From assembly GCA_951406725.2 (NCBI GenBank), contig OX597816.1, positions 84,878,001-84,942,000 on the forward strand: a DNA stretch of 64,000 nt, written 5' to 3'. Below are positions 27,340 through 41,386 of this stretch, piece by piece. Origin of the DNA: Octopus vulgaris. Taxonomy: Eukaryota. Position 1 is the stretch's first letter, and each line of letters opens with the position of its first letter. The notes beneath the pieces were generated by a model. It saw nothing but the letters and a program-made list of their open reading frames with translations, did not search any database and was not told where the DNA came from. The position numbers were made by a program, and so were the translations under genes.

Positions 27340-27890
27340 ATGAGAATTGCAATAGAATCATTTGCAACACAGGCACCAGGTTACAAATTTGAAAAGGAGT
27401 TACTTGATGAAAGAGCAGCGAATCTTTATAAGTGATTGGTACTAATTTCATTGATGCACGGAAGATAAAATGAATTGTCTTACACCGTGGGTCATTAGCG
27501 CAAAACATTGAAAATAATAACTAAATATTACACGCTATTTTCTCTGGCACACTATTCATCATCTCACTTAACACCACTACCTCTTCAAATGAATATTTCA
27601 ACCACAGTCATAAGGAAAGAAGAGACGCACTATTGTAGATTAACCTGAATATCCAACTAGTAATTCTTTGTTGATATGGAAAGGATGATAAGTATTTAGG
27701 ACACTACTGGGATGTGAATTAAGAATTAATGCAACATAACTGAACACGGACCCTGATAATTACTCCAATTTCTTCTGGAAATGCGAATTCCAATCCAATT
27801 TTTTACAATACAAGCACCAGGTCACAAATTTGAAAAGGAGTTAGTTGATGAAACGAACTACAGTTTTCGACTGATGCTTTAATCTATTAA
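27340..27890 (-). repeat. Old decayed family-3 SINE remnants, with a ~90-bp segment repeated ~460 bp apart
   Basis: GCACCAGGT(T/C)ACAAATTTGAAAAGGAGTTA(C/G)TTGATGAAA at ~27372 and ~27814, with further decayed core-like sequence between. Confidence 0.55.
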
Positions 27891-27915
27891 TCACGGGAGA
27901 TGAAAAACGAAGATA

Positions 27916-27974
27916 TTTACGTGTGTGGATTTATCTGCATTTAGATGTAAATATATACCTTTGAAACGTATGTA
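27916..27974. repeat. Left arm of 59-bp inverted repeat (partner 29871-29929)
   Basis: 55/59 identity to the reverse complement of 29871-29929. Confidence 0.9.
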
Positions 27975-27980
27975 TGTATT

Positions 27981-28026
<46 letters not shown>

Positions 28027-29118
28027 TGTAAATAATCGGAATAGATATTCCAAGTCATTTTTTCCGGCACTCTTCGGATTCGGCTAATGCGCGACTCCAA
28101 GTCAATGGGTGGAGTACAAAGAACACAAGATCTAGAGAGAAGTTATTTAAAAAGTAGGTTTTACTCTAGAGAAAACGTATTTAAACAGGTTTTCTCAAGA
28201 GAAAACGTATGTTAAATTATCAGCAAAACTTAGAGATAAATTTACAATACCAACAAAATTATACTCTGTTATGTAGAGCTACCAGATATGGTCAATAATT
28301 GAAGCCCTTAGGCACAAGGGGAAACTCTCGGTTCTCAGTATTAACAGATAAAATAACAAAATTAAAAACAAACAAACGAACCCAAGAAACACAGGAATAA
28401 AATTACCAAAAGATTCCACGGCAATAAGTCAGCATAACAGTTTTCTTTATTTATTGCTGACATCAAGTACAGTATTTTAAGAATTATTTAATGCATATTT
28501 GTAATATTTATGCTTTAAGCAAGTGAAATAGTAGCGTAAAGTTACATGCCTATACGCCAAATGAGACTCAGAATTGAGACGTAGTTACTTTATTCTTAAA
28601 GCTATTTAGATTACTCATCACTACTGAGAACATAGATAATTTCATCTCTCTGTTCTTTCCTTCACCTCTTTTAACAAGTTTTGTTTTTTACGTTGTTATG
28701 TGTTTATTGCAAGAATGAATTTGTCATTTTTATAAATAGTCTATGTTCGGACGTTAATCAATGAGAAAGAATAATTAGTTAAGAGAGAAGACTTCACAAA
28801 AACGTTAAACAATTAGAGCCTGAGAGATAATTACAGCTTGCTTATTTTTGTCTCAGTATTCTTTTTTTAAATTTATGTTGCTCATCTTCTGCAGATCTTA
28901 TTTCTATTCTAACATAATGCCCTTTAAAAGCAAAAAAACAAAAAAAAAAAAAGAAAAGAATATTGTAAGAGAAAAAGAAAAGCACCATGTAGTACTGGAA
29001 ATTTAAAAGACAAAATATGACTAATTATTTTCAATGCATATAATTTTCTTGACCTTCATACATTTTAGTGAACCAGATGAAAAATATATTTAGACATACG
29101 AGTAATTGAACAACATCA

Positions 29119-30470
<1,352 letters not shown>

Positions 30471-32555
30471 AGAGAGAACATCTCTACATACATATTAAAT
30501 GAATCTTATTCTCTTGAAATGCTGAAGTGTTGTTTTCTTATCAACCTGACTATTTTGTTGAATGACAAGTTACATATTTTAAAAGTTCTACAAGTCAGTG
30601 CAACAAATAATAAAATGAAAAAAAACTACAGAATGTAATATTGTTTTTCTTTCTTTTTCTTCATATAATAAATTTTCAACAAATTCTTATCTAAATACAG
30701 CATTAACGTATTACGTCATGCAATTTATTATTCACCACAAAAATTGATATAGACGGTTATCTTGCTTAATAGAATGTTATATTTAAACTAAATTTTGGTA
30801 TTCTTTACTTTCTTATTGCAGAAATATATGCTAAATCTTTTATTTACATTTTGGTGAGTTAAAGAATGCTGTTAACTGCATTGATGGAATACTGGAGAAA
30901 TATGGTTGACAGTTCGTATTATACTGCTCCATTGATGACCACATATGACATCTAATAAAATAAAGGTGGCATTGTGATTACAGTTCAATGAGGTCGCAAA
31001 TATGACCAAACTTTAAGATCATCCGAGTTTCTCTATACGGGTTTCTTTCGTTTCTTTATATTCAAGAGTCTTTAATAGTGCTTATGAAACAGACTGGCTT
31101 AGATATTATATAGGTAAACGAATCATCTTGGACATATATTATTTCAAATATGTTTTGGAGGATAATATAATCCCTATATCATAGGCTTAACACTAATGCT
31201 GACACTAACACCCTCTACCAGCCATTCCCCTGTGTCTTGAAGGCAGACGTTTGATTCTGACCCTTTTGTACGGAACAGAGGTTGTTATATTCGATTGCCA
31301 TATATTATTTGATAACCTAGTTGATGACACTGCTTCCCAAGTATTTAAAGGTTTTCTGTACAGGTAAAATCTCATCTTACAGCCTCTTTTTCTTCTCTTT
31401 CTTCCCCGCCTGCAACCCCCACTTCTTTATAATAAACTGATTTATATATTAATTTATTTATTTTTCGTAAATGAAAAGCAGAAAATATAATGGATGAAGA
31501 CCCTCCCGTTTGTCTTGTCTGAGGAACCACTCAAGATCCTGAGTGCTTCATATCTGCAGAAAATTGGAGTAACATATCACACTAATATATTGAAAGCCAT
31601 GACACACATACACATACTTCAGAATTAGATAATGGTGGGCCGTTTATAATTCAACTCCAATCACGTGGTTTCATCTTAGAGGGTAAAAGCATGTGTCTTT
31701 TTTGAACAAAATCAATTCTGGTATCAATTATAAAATATCTCTTGATTTACCGAAAATCTGAATGCCATTATTAGCGCTAAGGTAATGTGACGTAGTAAAG
31801 CAAATTGGTATGATTTATGCTGGCAGTGACAATGATGAAACATTATTTGTGGAAGTAGTTCTTGTATAGCCCGTCAAAGGGTATGGCTTATTTGTTGCCT
31901 TGTACCTTGATGCGCTGGAGTCTAGTTAGGATTTCTAACGAAGATAGCATTAACGACTGGAAGAAAAACAGTCAGAAATGAAACAAATGTGTGAGGTGAA
32001 GGTCATAGACATTCTGTATTGAAACTCAAACTCCTAGTACTTTTTATGGCAAAAGGTTGGGGGAAAATGTGTTGGGAAATAAATCTAAATCGAAACACTG
32101 ATTTGAGCTATTCTCAGCACTGTAAACAATTTTTGGTTATCTTGGATGTACTATGCAATGTATTTATTCAACATTAAATCTGTCTTACGCTGATCAGCAA
32201 ACAGTTATTATATGACATGTTGATTTTAGTCGGAAATTTCAACCTACTTTAAGATTAGCTGTTTCAAAGACTAAGAAATGGTTGTATCTGTGGCAATATA
32301 TATAGAAAAGAAGTTGAATTTTGAAAACTGTTAATGCGAGAAAACTGCAAATGTGAGGATATTACTGAAATCTTTTGCTGGTGGCTACTTCTACATTCAT
32401 AATGAGCTTAGAATTACTGAAAGGGACTTGATACAATCATCTGATACATGTTATAAAGCGGAAACATTGGCAAGTAAAGTCAACAGTCTTAAACGACTAT
32501 GACATGGACAGAACTGGAACTTAACTTGTGTATGATTTAATAGTACAGAGAAAGT

Positions 32556-32935
32556 GGAGGCGCAATGGCCCAGTGGTTAGGGTAGCGGACTCGCGGCCGT
32601 AGGATCGCGGTTTCGATTCCCAGACCGGGCATTGTGAGTGTTTATTGAGCGAAAACACCTAAAGCTTCACAAGGCTCCTGCAGGGGATGGTGGTGAACCC
32701 TGCTGTACTCTTTCACCACAACTTTCTCTCACTCTTTCTTCCTGTTTCTGTTGTACCTCTATTTCAAAGGGCCAGCCTTGTCACACTCTGTGTCACGCTG
32801 AATCTCCTCGAAAACTACGTTAAGGGTACACGTGTCTGTGGAATGCTCAGCCACTTGCACGTTAATTCCACGGGCAAGCTGTTCCGTTGATCGTATCAGC
32901 TGGGACCCTCATCGTCGTAACCGACGGAGTGCTTC
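32556..32935 (+). mobile_element. Full-length tRNA(Arg-like)-derived SINE family 2
   Basis: A and B boxes, with GGACTCGCGG at the anticodon-like position. 13-bp TSD TAGTACAGAGAAA (32541-32553, 32936-32948). Confidence 0.95.
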
Positions 32936-34230
32936 TAGTACAGAGAAAACCTTTGAAGGAGTTGAGCTTGACCTGAAGAAAATGATGGATCTAATTCATT
33001 CTTAGGAAACGTTTCAAAATCTTTCTAGTATGAGGGCGAAACGTTGAAACTGCATGTCAAACACTTCTGACGGTACACATACTACAAGGAAATTACAGGC
33101 AAGCAAATAAACAATAATACTCATGATGTGCATACGACACCACTCTCAAAGGAAGCTGCCCGTACCTCAAAACAAAAATTCAGATGTGGAACGCTCATTA
33201 AAATTTGTTATTATTTGTCTATTGCCTGTGAGGTTGCAAATCTGTCTAAAACTAGTTCAATGACGTAGTCAACCTACGCAATGTACTTGATGTAGAGATG
33301 AAATAGAAACATAGCGAAGCTGTACTTTCTGATATCTAACGCGATCATAGAAGAAATTATCCACGTTGGTGTCTTTTTCACATACAAGTCACATCTCATT
33401 CCATTTAAAAATATCTTTTACGTTTTCATGAAAATTTTCCGCGTTGAAGTATTTTTCACTCCCTGGTCACATCTCATTTCATTAAAAAGAAAGTTGTTTT
33501 ATATTTTCTTGTGAAATTAAGAGCTCTTCCAATATATCTCTACATAATAGTTACTATTACTCATCAAAGATCATTCATCATGTTGACACTAAAAACGCAT
33601 TAACCGATAACCACAATGTTCCATGAAATACTTAGTACTCTATATCTACCAGTTGTAGAAATCATTAGTAGTCTAAAGGTGATAATTTTGACCAATACAT
33701 CAGTTTTTTCAGTTGCCAAAATTAGGAAGGGTTTCGTGGATATTGTAAAGTCAAACACGTAGATGTAAACCTTAATATAATTAGATAAGTTGTTTATAGG
33801 AGATGTGAATTTAACCCATCTCTGAAGGTGTTACTTTTCTCTCCCAATTCCAGTGGATAAACAAAATTTGTATAAATTTGGTTTAACGTTTCAGTTTGTC
33901 ATGATTTCACCAGACCTAAAAGGTGAAGATCTCTTGAGGTCTTCATGCTGTACAACACATCCCAACTCTTGCTAAAACTTCTGCTTCTATCCATATGACA
34001 ATTATTCTTCTCGTTACATTTCCATGTATTCCAGTCTTCATTTCTCACCACAATTCTTCTGTTTGTGATATTCAGACTTGTTTCAATATAATATAAATCT
34101 TTTATTAATGCTTTTGTACAAACAGAAAATTATTTTTAATCAAGCTGTACCCGCCATTTTAAACAATAAATTAAATTAACTGAATTAAATATTAACACGT
34201 ATACACTGAAACATAGGAGCATCTGTACGC

Positions 34231-34660
34231 TTTTACTCTTTTAGTTGTTTCAATCGTTTGACTGCGGCCGTGCTGGAGCACCGCCTTTAGTCGACAAAAT
34301 CGACCCCAGGACTTATTCTTTGTAAGCCTAGTACTTATTCTATCGGTCTCTTTTGCCGAACCGCTAAGTTACGGGGACGTAAACATAGCGGCATCGGTTG
34401 TCAAGCGATATTGGGGGGACAAACACAGATACACAAACATATACACACACATACATACATACATACATACATTCATGCATACATAATACATATATACTAC
34501 GGGCTTCTTTTCAGTTACCGTCTACCAAATCCACTCACAAGGCTTTGGTCGGCCCGAGGCTATAGTAGAAGACACTTACCCAAAGTGTCGCGCAGTGGGA
34601 CTGAACCCGGAACCATGTGGTTTGTAAGCAAGCTACGTACCACACACCCACTCCTGCGCC
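34231..34660 (-). mobile_element. Full-length tRNA-derived SINE family 1 (CORE-like) with internal microsatellite
   Basis: Minus-strand head GGCGCAGGAGTGG.TGTGTGGTA...GGTTCAGTCCC, CORE-like TTTGGGTAAGTGTCTT, internal (TATG)n and a TAAAAGAG-type tail. Near-identical layout at 62827-63246. Confidence 0.93.
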
Positions 34661-35147
34661 TAAACAATTAAAAAAATTTCATACCTAATACGATTTCAGT
34701 GTGGTAAACATGTATTAGCCATTCAAAATTAGATATATATGGTTAAGTCACTTAAAAATATATCACTTTCTGTGAAAACTTCCTCTCACCAAATGAGGGG
34801 TGATTCCACCGATAGTTTTCAATGGTTAATTTGTGTCTTCCATGTTGCAATAGATTTAGTCTCAACACATTTAGGTCAGAGCAGTTCTTTGGCAAGTACA
34901 CCTCCATGATAATATATAATTATTCTCAATGTCTATTCTTGTTTCAATTTTCTTAATTGAGAATAGCTTTAAAATTCATTACTAGCGCCTTACCCACTCA
35001 CATACACTAACGTATTAGTTGAAGCGTCAGGTTCATCATGGAACTAGGGAGAATGCTTTGGGCTATTCATTCCCGTTCTATGCTCTCAAGTTTTAATACC
35101 ATCGAGATCAACATTGCTTCTAATAAAATCCAAATCAATGATCAAAC

Positions 35148-35149
35148 CT

Positions 35150-35180
<31 letters not shown>

Positions 35181-35220
35181 ATTCCTTTCTTTCTTTCTTT
35201 TTTTCTGTCTTTCTTTCTTC
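35148..35220. repeat. (CTTT)n microsatellite
   Basis: Directly visible. Confidence 0.9.
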
Positions 35221-35224
35221 CACA

Positions 35225-36280
35225 AATATCTACCAGAAAACTGAAAACGTGACTTAGGTGACTGGTTAATCCTATAGCCGCACACATTTGAACAACTTAT
35301 AGATTTCAAAATTCTAATCCACAGCATAAATAATAATATTAACTTTACCGTGGAATACAGTAAAACTCAGTTACCATTCCTGGATATACTAATAATCCAA
35401 AGAGATAAAAACATTGAAACAGATATTCACTGTAAACAAACAGATTCTAAACAATACTTACTGTTCTCCTCATGTCTTCCCAAACACACGAAGAATAATA
35501 TCCCTTTAATCTAGCAAAAATAATCTGCACAATCGTCTCAAACCCTGAAACTCGCAATAAAAGACTCAGGGAGCTAAAACAAGTATTACTTAAAAGACAA
35601 TATCCAATAATATTAATAGACGACAGAATAGAACGCGCCCAAACAATAAATATCGAAAAACTACGAATAAAGAAAAACGCTCCAGGTACCTCCAGTACTC
35701 TACCCTTTATTACAACTCACAAGCCAAGAAACACAGAGATGTAGAATATTATCCATCAGGACATTCCAATACTAAAACAAGACCCAAGAATGATACAAGC
35801 ATTCGAAATACACAAAATAATCAAAAGCAAAAGACGGTCAAAGTAGCGCAAAAACTTCCTCACAAGTGCAAAATTACCTGCTACAATTTCTACACCATCA
35901 CTCAAAAAGTGTGGCCGCCCCAATTACGGGATCTGCATCACCCTTATTGAAGACACAACATACATATTCAAATGAGGAGAGATTTGTAATGTAAAAAACA
36001 ATTTTACATGTTCTTCAGGGAAGTATATATAGGTTATCAAATGTCAAACAAAGCTTACACTAAGAAATAAACTGACCATTCACCGAAACCAAATACGAGA
36101 CCCCAGTACTTGACAGATTCCATGTAGAGGACACATAAGCATATATCCAAAAACTAAGACCCCCAAAGTCTATGTTTTCTCACTCTGTCTATGTTCAGCG
36201 AATACTACAGATGAAGTATGGACAAAGCAAATACTTTCATACAAAAGGACAAACCAAGACTTAACAAGCTTCAACGGAAT
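35225..36280 (+). mobile_element. Penelope-like retroelement: decayed RT C-terminus plus GIY-YIG endonuclease
   Basis: INFTVEYSKTQLPFLDILI...ETDIHCKQTDSKQYLLFSSCLPKHTKNNIP, LPFITTH, KKCGRP, NFTCSS and LTIHRNQIRDP, all typical PLE motifs, with stops and frameshifts. Confidence 0.9.
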
Positions 36281-36545
36281 ACATACACAATAACTATTCA
36301 CACAAAACTCTTTCTACCATTTATCATGAGGGACCTACACAGTTAACCACCTAAACTTTAGCCACTGCACTACATACACACGACATCTGTCCACTCTCCT
36401 ACCAGTCAAATTAAATTTGGAGTGCCTTGATTATAGCTAAATATGTTAACTCAACCGTGTCGGTCTTCTTTTTAGGTGCAAAATATACTGTCACGTAACA
36501 CTAACGCACGGATGTAGCGGTAAACGTACAAAAAGGTTTAAAATT

Positions 36546-36825
36546 TAATCATGTATTCACTCTCTACAAATACTTGACAGAAAATATTCAGAGCATTGAT
36601 TGTTTGGACATGTTCAGTCAAACGCAACAGCTTTAACTTACGTCGCCAAATATTGCCACGGGTTACTAACACACGAACATAGAGGGGATCATACAAACAT
36701 TTCGAAGAGCAGTCTTGTGACTATTCTCTACCAATCAAATCCTATTCAAAACATATACTAACTTGACCCATGACCTTCCTATAAAAATAGGTCAAGCTTC
36801 AAACATTAGTCAGAAGCAACAGAGC
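36546..36825 (+). repeat. ~280-bp segment duplicated at 37840-38118
   Basis: Colinear from AATCATG to CAGAGC, roughly 80% identical by eye. Confidence 0.9.
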
Positions 36826-37054
36826 TGCACGTCTTTCTATTTCAACATTTGGAAAATCAGTGTAAACTGTGAAACCGGTTAAAGTTTTAGATATATTAGT
36901 AAAAAATATGTTAACTATTCTCAGTGTATTTTCAGTTTCTATTTTCCTATATTACTACCCGTCTGGAATTAAATAACTTTGTTTACTACATATCTGCAAG
37001 TTTTCTTTGTTCTTTGCTTTCAATTTCTCTCTGTATATGTTCTAATATAATTTT

Positions 37055-37175
37055 CTGTTGAAGACCGTAGGCTTGAAACGTAAACGACTTTTTCATTTTC
37101 CCTGGCGTCAAACTAATACACCTGCTTGTTGTTCATACACCTACCTTCGTATTTAGCTTTTCTATAAATTTCAGC
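37055..37175 (+). mobile_element. Penelope-like pLTR 3' end followed by (TA)n
   Basis: Same family as 271-490. GAAGA...GAAACG degenerate hammerhead-like core. Confidence 0.55.
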
Positions 37176-37215
37176 TATATATATATATTTCGGTGCGAAT
37201 GATTATATATATATA

Positions 37216-37305
<90 letters not shown>

Positions 37306-37428
37306 CACACATATATATACATATATATATATACATAAATATATATACATATGTATATATATATATATATATACTTATATATACATATATATATATATAT
37401 ATGCATATATATGCATATATATATACGA

Positions 37429-37477
<49 letters not shown>

Positions 37478-37536
37478 TATACATATATATATATATATAT
37501 ACACACACATATATATACATATATATATATACATAA

Positions 37537-37587
<51 letters not shown>

Positions 37588-37780
37588 TATATATATACAT
37601 ATATATATGCGAATATATATATATATATATATATATACATACATATATATATATAGATATATATATATACACATATATATACATATATATATATATATGT
37701 CTGTGTGTGTGTACATATATATACACACACAGAAACATATATATATATATATATATGTCTACACCCACCACACATATATA
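37176..37780. repeat. 600-bp (TA)n-based satellite with higher-order duplication
   Basis: Block CACACATATATATACATATATATATATACATAAATATATATACATAT recurs at ~37305 and ~37504. Confidence 0.95.
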
Positions 37781-37782
37781 AT

Positions 37783-38180
37783 GAGGGCGCATAGTTTAGC
37801 GGTTAGGGTGTTGCATAACGATCTAGTGGACGTGAAGTCAATCATGTGTTCACTCTGTGCAAACACTTGACAGAAAACATTCAGAGCGTTGACTGTTCGG
37901 ACATGTTCAGTCAAACGCGAGAGCCTAAACTTTCGACGCCAAACAGTGTCATGATGTACTAATACAAGGCCGTAGTATGGAAAATGCGAATATTTCTAAG
38001 ACCAGTCATGTGACTATACTCTTTCAAACAAATCCTATCCACAACATATACTAATTTGAACCATGAACTTCCTATTAAAATAGGGCAAACTTCAAACATT
38101 AGTCAGAAGCAGCAGAGCCTAGACCGGTTGGTGCATTATGTTCTTGAATAAAACACTACATCTCACATTGCTTTGCAATT
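37783..38180 (+). mobile_element. Old SINE head (family 4-like) interrupted by a 280-bp insertion
   Basis: GGGCGCATAGTTTAGCGGTTAGGGTG (A box)...AAGTCAATC|insert|CTAGACCGG...TGTTCTTGAATAAAACAC. Confidence 0.65.
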
Positions 38181-38325
38181 AATTTGACACCTGATGCGTG
38201 CTACATCGTGGGCCTTGTTAGAAAACGTCGATTTGATAGAGTGAGCTAATGTTTGACACGAATAACAAATATGTGATCATTAAAAAACAAATCATTTGTA
38301 CCGGTCGTTCGGCAAGAAGATCATC

Positions 38326-38460
<135 letters not shown>

Positions 38461-38689
38461 TAAGGTGTGTGTGTATTTATCTTTCTATGCATGTATGTAT
38501 ATATTTATACTATGCAAATATTCTTTTAAAAATATTTCTTTAATTTTTTCCAAATTTAATTGTTTTCCATACTTACAGTTGAAAAAGTCTCAATGACTGG
38601 AACTGGTACTGAAAAGTGTTTTATAAAATTATTTTAGCATTTTCTACCTTGACTTGTTTCCCATATATTTATATATACATATATGTATA

Positions 38690-38744
<55 letters not shown>

Positions 38745-38754
38745 ATATATATAT

Positions 38755-39297
38755 GAAAGAACAACAGCTGTCAGAACTCTGAGGAATGCACATTATCGAA
38801 CTGCCACATCAATGACCATTAATTGTGCCAGATGACCTATGTTGTATGCGAGATCATCTGTGGCAAATGTGACGCAGCCTACAATGGAAGCACAACATGA
38901 AAACTGCATGTATGCATTAAGGAACGCATACAGGCAGACACTTCCGTGAAGAAACATCTACGAATATGTCAGACCCGGGAATTCACAGTGCACATCAAGG
39001 TAACACAGCGGAACAAGGGCAATGTTAGAATCTCTGAGGCCATCTTCATACACCAAAAGAAACCTAAGATCAACTACAGAAGAGAGTTACAGGAAGTTAG
39101 CTGGTTGCTATAACAACACCTATCTGCGCATGACCATTCTACACATGTTCAGACATACGCACGTCACCAGCATTTCTTAATTTCTTGAAAATGGGGTAAC
39201 AACCCCGAAATATTGAATCCATGGTGAGTCTATATTAATTGATATGTTTGCCTTGCATTTACTTCGCATTGTTTTGGCCTTACCCACGTTCATTTAT
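38755..39297 (+). mobile_element. Penelope-like 3' fragment (GIY-YIG endonuclease plus pLTR) inside (TA)n
   Basis: TYVVCEIICGKCDAAYNGSTT*KLHVCIKE...SVKKHL...RISEAIFIHQKKPKINYREE, with (TA)n on both sides. Confidence 0.85.
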
Positions 39298-39344
<47 letters not shown>

Positions 39345-39364
39345 GCATATGTACATACTTAAAT

Positions 39365-40150
39365 ATATATGTATATACATATACATATATGTGTACAAGA
39401 GGTTATAAAACGTAAATAACATGAAATACGAAATGCGAAAACATGGAATACGAACTTTTTTGCGAACAACGAAAGAAACAAAAAAGAAAACAAGACAAAT
39501 AACATAAAGAACGACTCTTCATCAATTTTCCGCTGTTTCATCTACTCCACATTTCGAGCAATTAGGACACGATGTGTCTTCGAGGAACATTTGCTCCCGC
39601 AATGCAAAATAAATTTGGGATTTGCGTAGGGTCAAAGCTGGTAACAAAAATAGGACAGCAAAAACAAACAGTAAGGGCTGCTAAGCCATAAGGAGATTAG
39701 GTGGAGAAAGCCGGTGGATGAAGCTTTGACAGGAGAAAAGATAGGAAAGGAAACAGACAAGAATGCGTGTAATCTTTGTGGCAGATCAAAAGCAAAGAAA
39801 GAAGCTCAAGTTAGGAAAAGAATGATAGCCGATGGTCCCGTGTAAGCAACGAGAGAGTAAAGGGGAAGGGTGAGAAAAAGAGGGACAGATAGAGAAGAGT
39901 GAAGTGGAGAGGAAAATAATTAGAGAAAGGATAAGAGAGAAAAACGAAAGGAGGAGAAAGGGAGCTAAAGAGAATTAGAGAAAGGAAGAGAGAGGAAACG
40001 TAGGAGGAAAGAGAACAGTACAGAACTGTCAAAATGATTGAGATAAACTTCGCAAAAAGTGTTCGTATTCCATGTTTTCGTATTTCGTACATCATGTTTA
40101 CGTTTTATGATGTCCTGTACCCATATATGCATATGTGTACACATATAGAT
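39365..40150. mobile_element. Element with ~100-bp terminal inverted repeats between (TA)n tracts (inverted Penelope-like termini)
   Basis: 39370-39465 is the reverse complement of 40050-40146 (shared GTTCGTATTCCATGTTTTCG...TTTACGTTTTAT...TGTAC.CATATATG). Interior is purine-rich. Confidence 0.7.
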
Positions 40151-40192
40151 ATAAGCATGTACATATATGTATTTATATATGCATATACATAC

Positions 40193-40281
<89 letters not shown>

Positions 40282-40371
40282 TATATGTATGTATATATAT
40301 TATGTGTATTATATGATTGAACATGACGCATCCATTTCCAAGTAAGTTTATCTTATATGTATATATGTACT

Positions 40372-40886
40372 TCTCACCAGTCTCATGGTATTATGGCCTT
40401 GCGCGACATCATGACGGTGAATCATCTTGTACGGACGGGATCCTCCGTCAGCACTCGTTATGTCGATGTTCGGCTTATTTTCCCTGTGGCAGCCAATTCT
40501 TGGCGGAACGACGAGGATTTCGCCGTATGTTTTCTCCGGTACTTTTGATACGCTGAGGGGTCTGCACACTTCTTTTTCGGTCACGTCCAGGTCAATCAGC
40601 ATTGGAAACCGTATCTTGAAATTTTTTAACAATTTCCCAGACTACTGTTCGGTAAATTTTAAGCTTCTTTGCTATAGTTGTATTACTTTCGCCTCCTTTG
40701 TTGAGGGCTATGATTCTATTTCGATCTATAGCCATTATCTAATTTATTGATCTGAATGTATTTAGTATGAAATAAAAAGAAGACACACTAATCTTTTATA
40801 ATGATGTATAATTTTCATATCTTATCACATTTATTGACATTTAGCACTGCTCCAAACGTCGGTTGCCTTAATTTTGGAACACCCTG
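40372..40886 (-). mobile_element. maT/DD37D-like Tc1-mariner 5' fragment
   Basis: TA|CAGGGTGTTCCAAAATTAAGGCAACC end. Minus-strand HTH remnant IIALNKGGESNTTIAK...VWEIVKKFQDT...PGRDRKRSV...RRNPRRSA...RPYKM. Confidence 0.85.
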
Positions 40887-40904
40887 TATATGTATGTATG
40901 TATG

Positions 40905-40939
<35 letters not shown>

Positions 40940-41086
40940 GTATGTATGTATGTATGTATGTATGTGTGTATGTATGTATATATGTATGTATGTATGTATG
41001 TACGTATGTATGTATGTATATATGTATGTATTACGTACGTATGTATGTATATATATACACATATGTGTGTATGTATATATATATAT
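40887..41086. repeat. (TATG)n microsatellite
   Basis: Directly visible. Confidence 0.95.
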
Positions 41087-41199
41087 CATGTGATCACGTG
41101 ACCGACCAGACCATCAGATGTTGTTACTCATCGCTGGTCACAATGCGTTCGCATTGTTTTAGCCTTCGAATGACGCCACCCCGCTGGCTAAGCGAGCAG

Positions 41200-41202
<3 letters not shown>
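41087..41202 (-). mobile_element. Short GC-rich interspersed-repeat fragment (probable LINE 3' end) inside (TA)n
   Basis: 116-bp GC-rich island with (TA)n on both sides. Family not determined. Confidence 0.45.
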
Positions 41203-41235
<33 letters not shown>

Positions 41236-41343
41236 CGTATCTCTGTATGTGTGTCTCTCTTTCTGTCTGTCTCTCTCTCTCTGTCTTTCCCTCTATATAT
41301 ACATACATATACATATATATATATATCATAATACACAGACACA

Positions 41344-41386
<43 letters not shown>

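Noticed and set aside
37175-37870. Long ORFs of 188-225 aa rich in I/Y
   Set aside because: These are translations of (TA)n satellite, which lacks stop codons. The same applies to the many YI, CV, TH, poly-N and poly-I ORFs.
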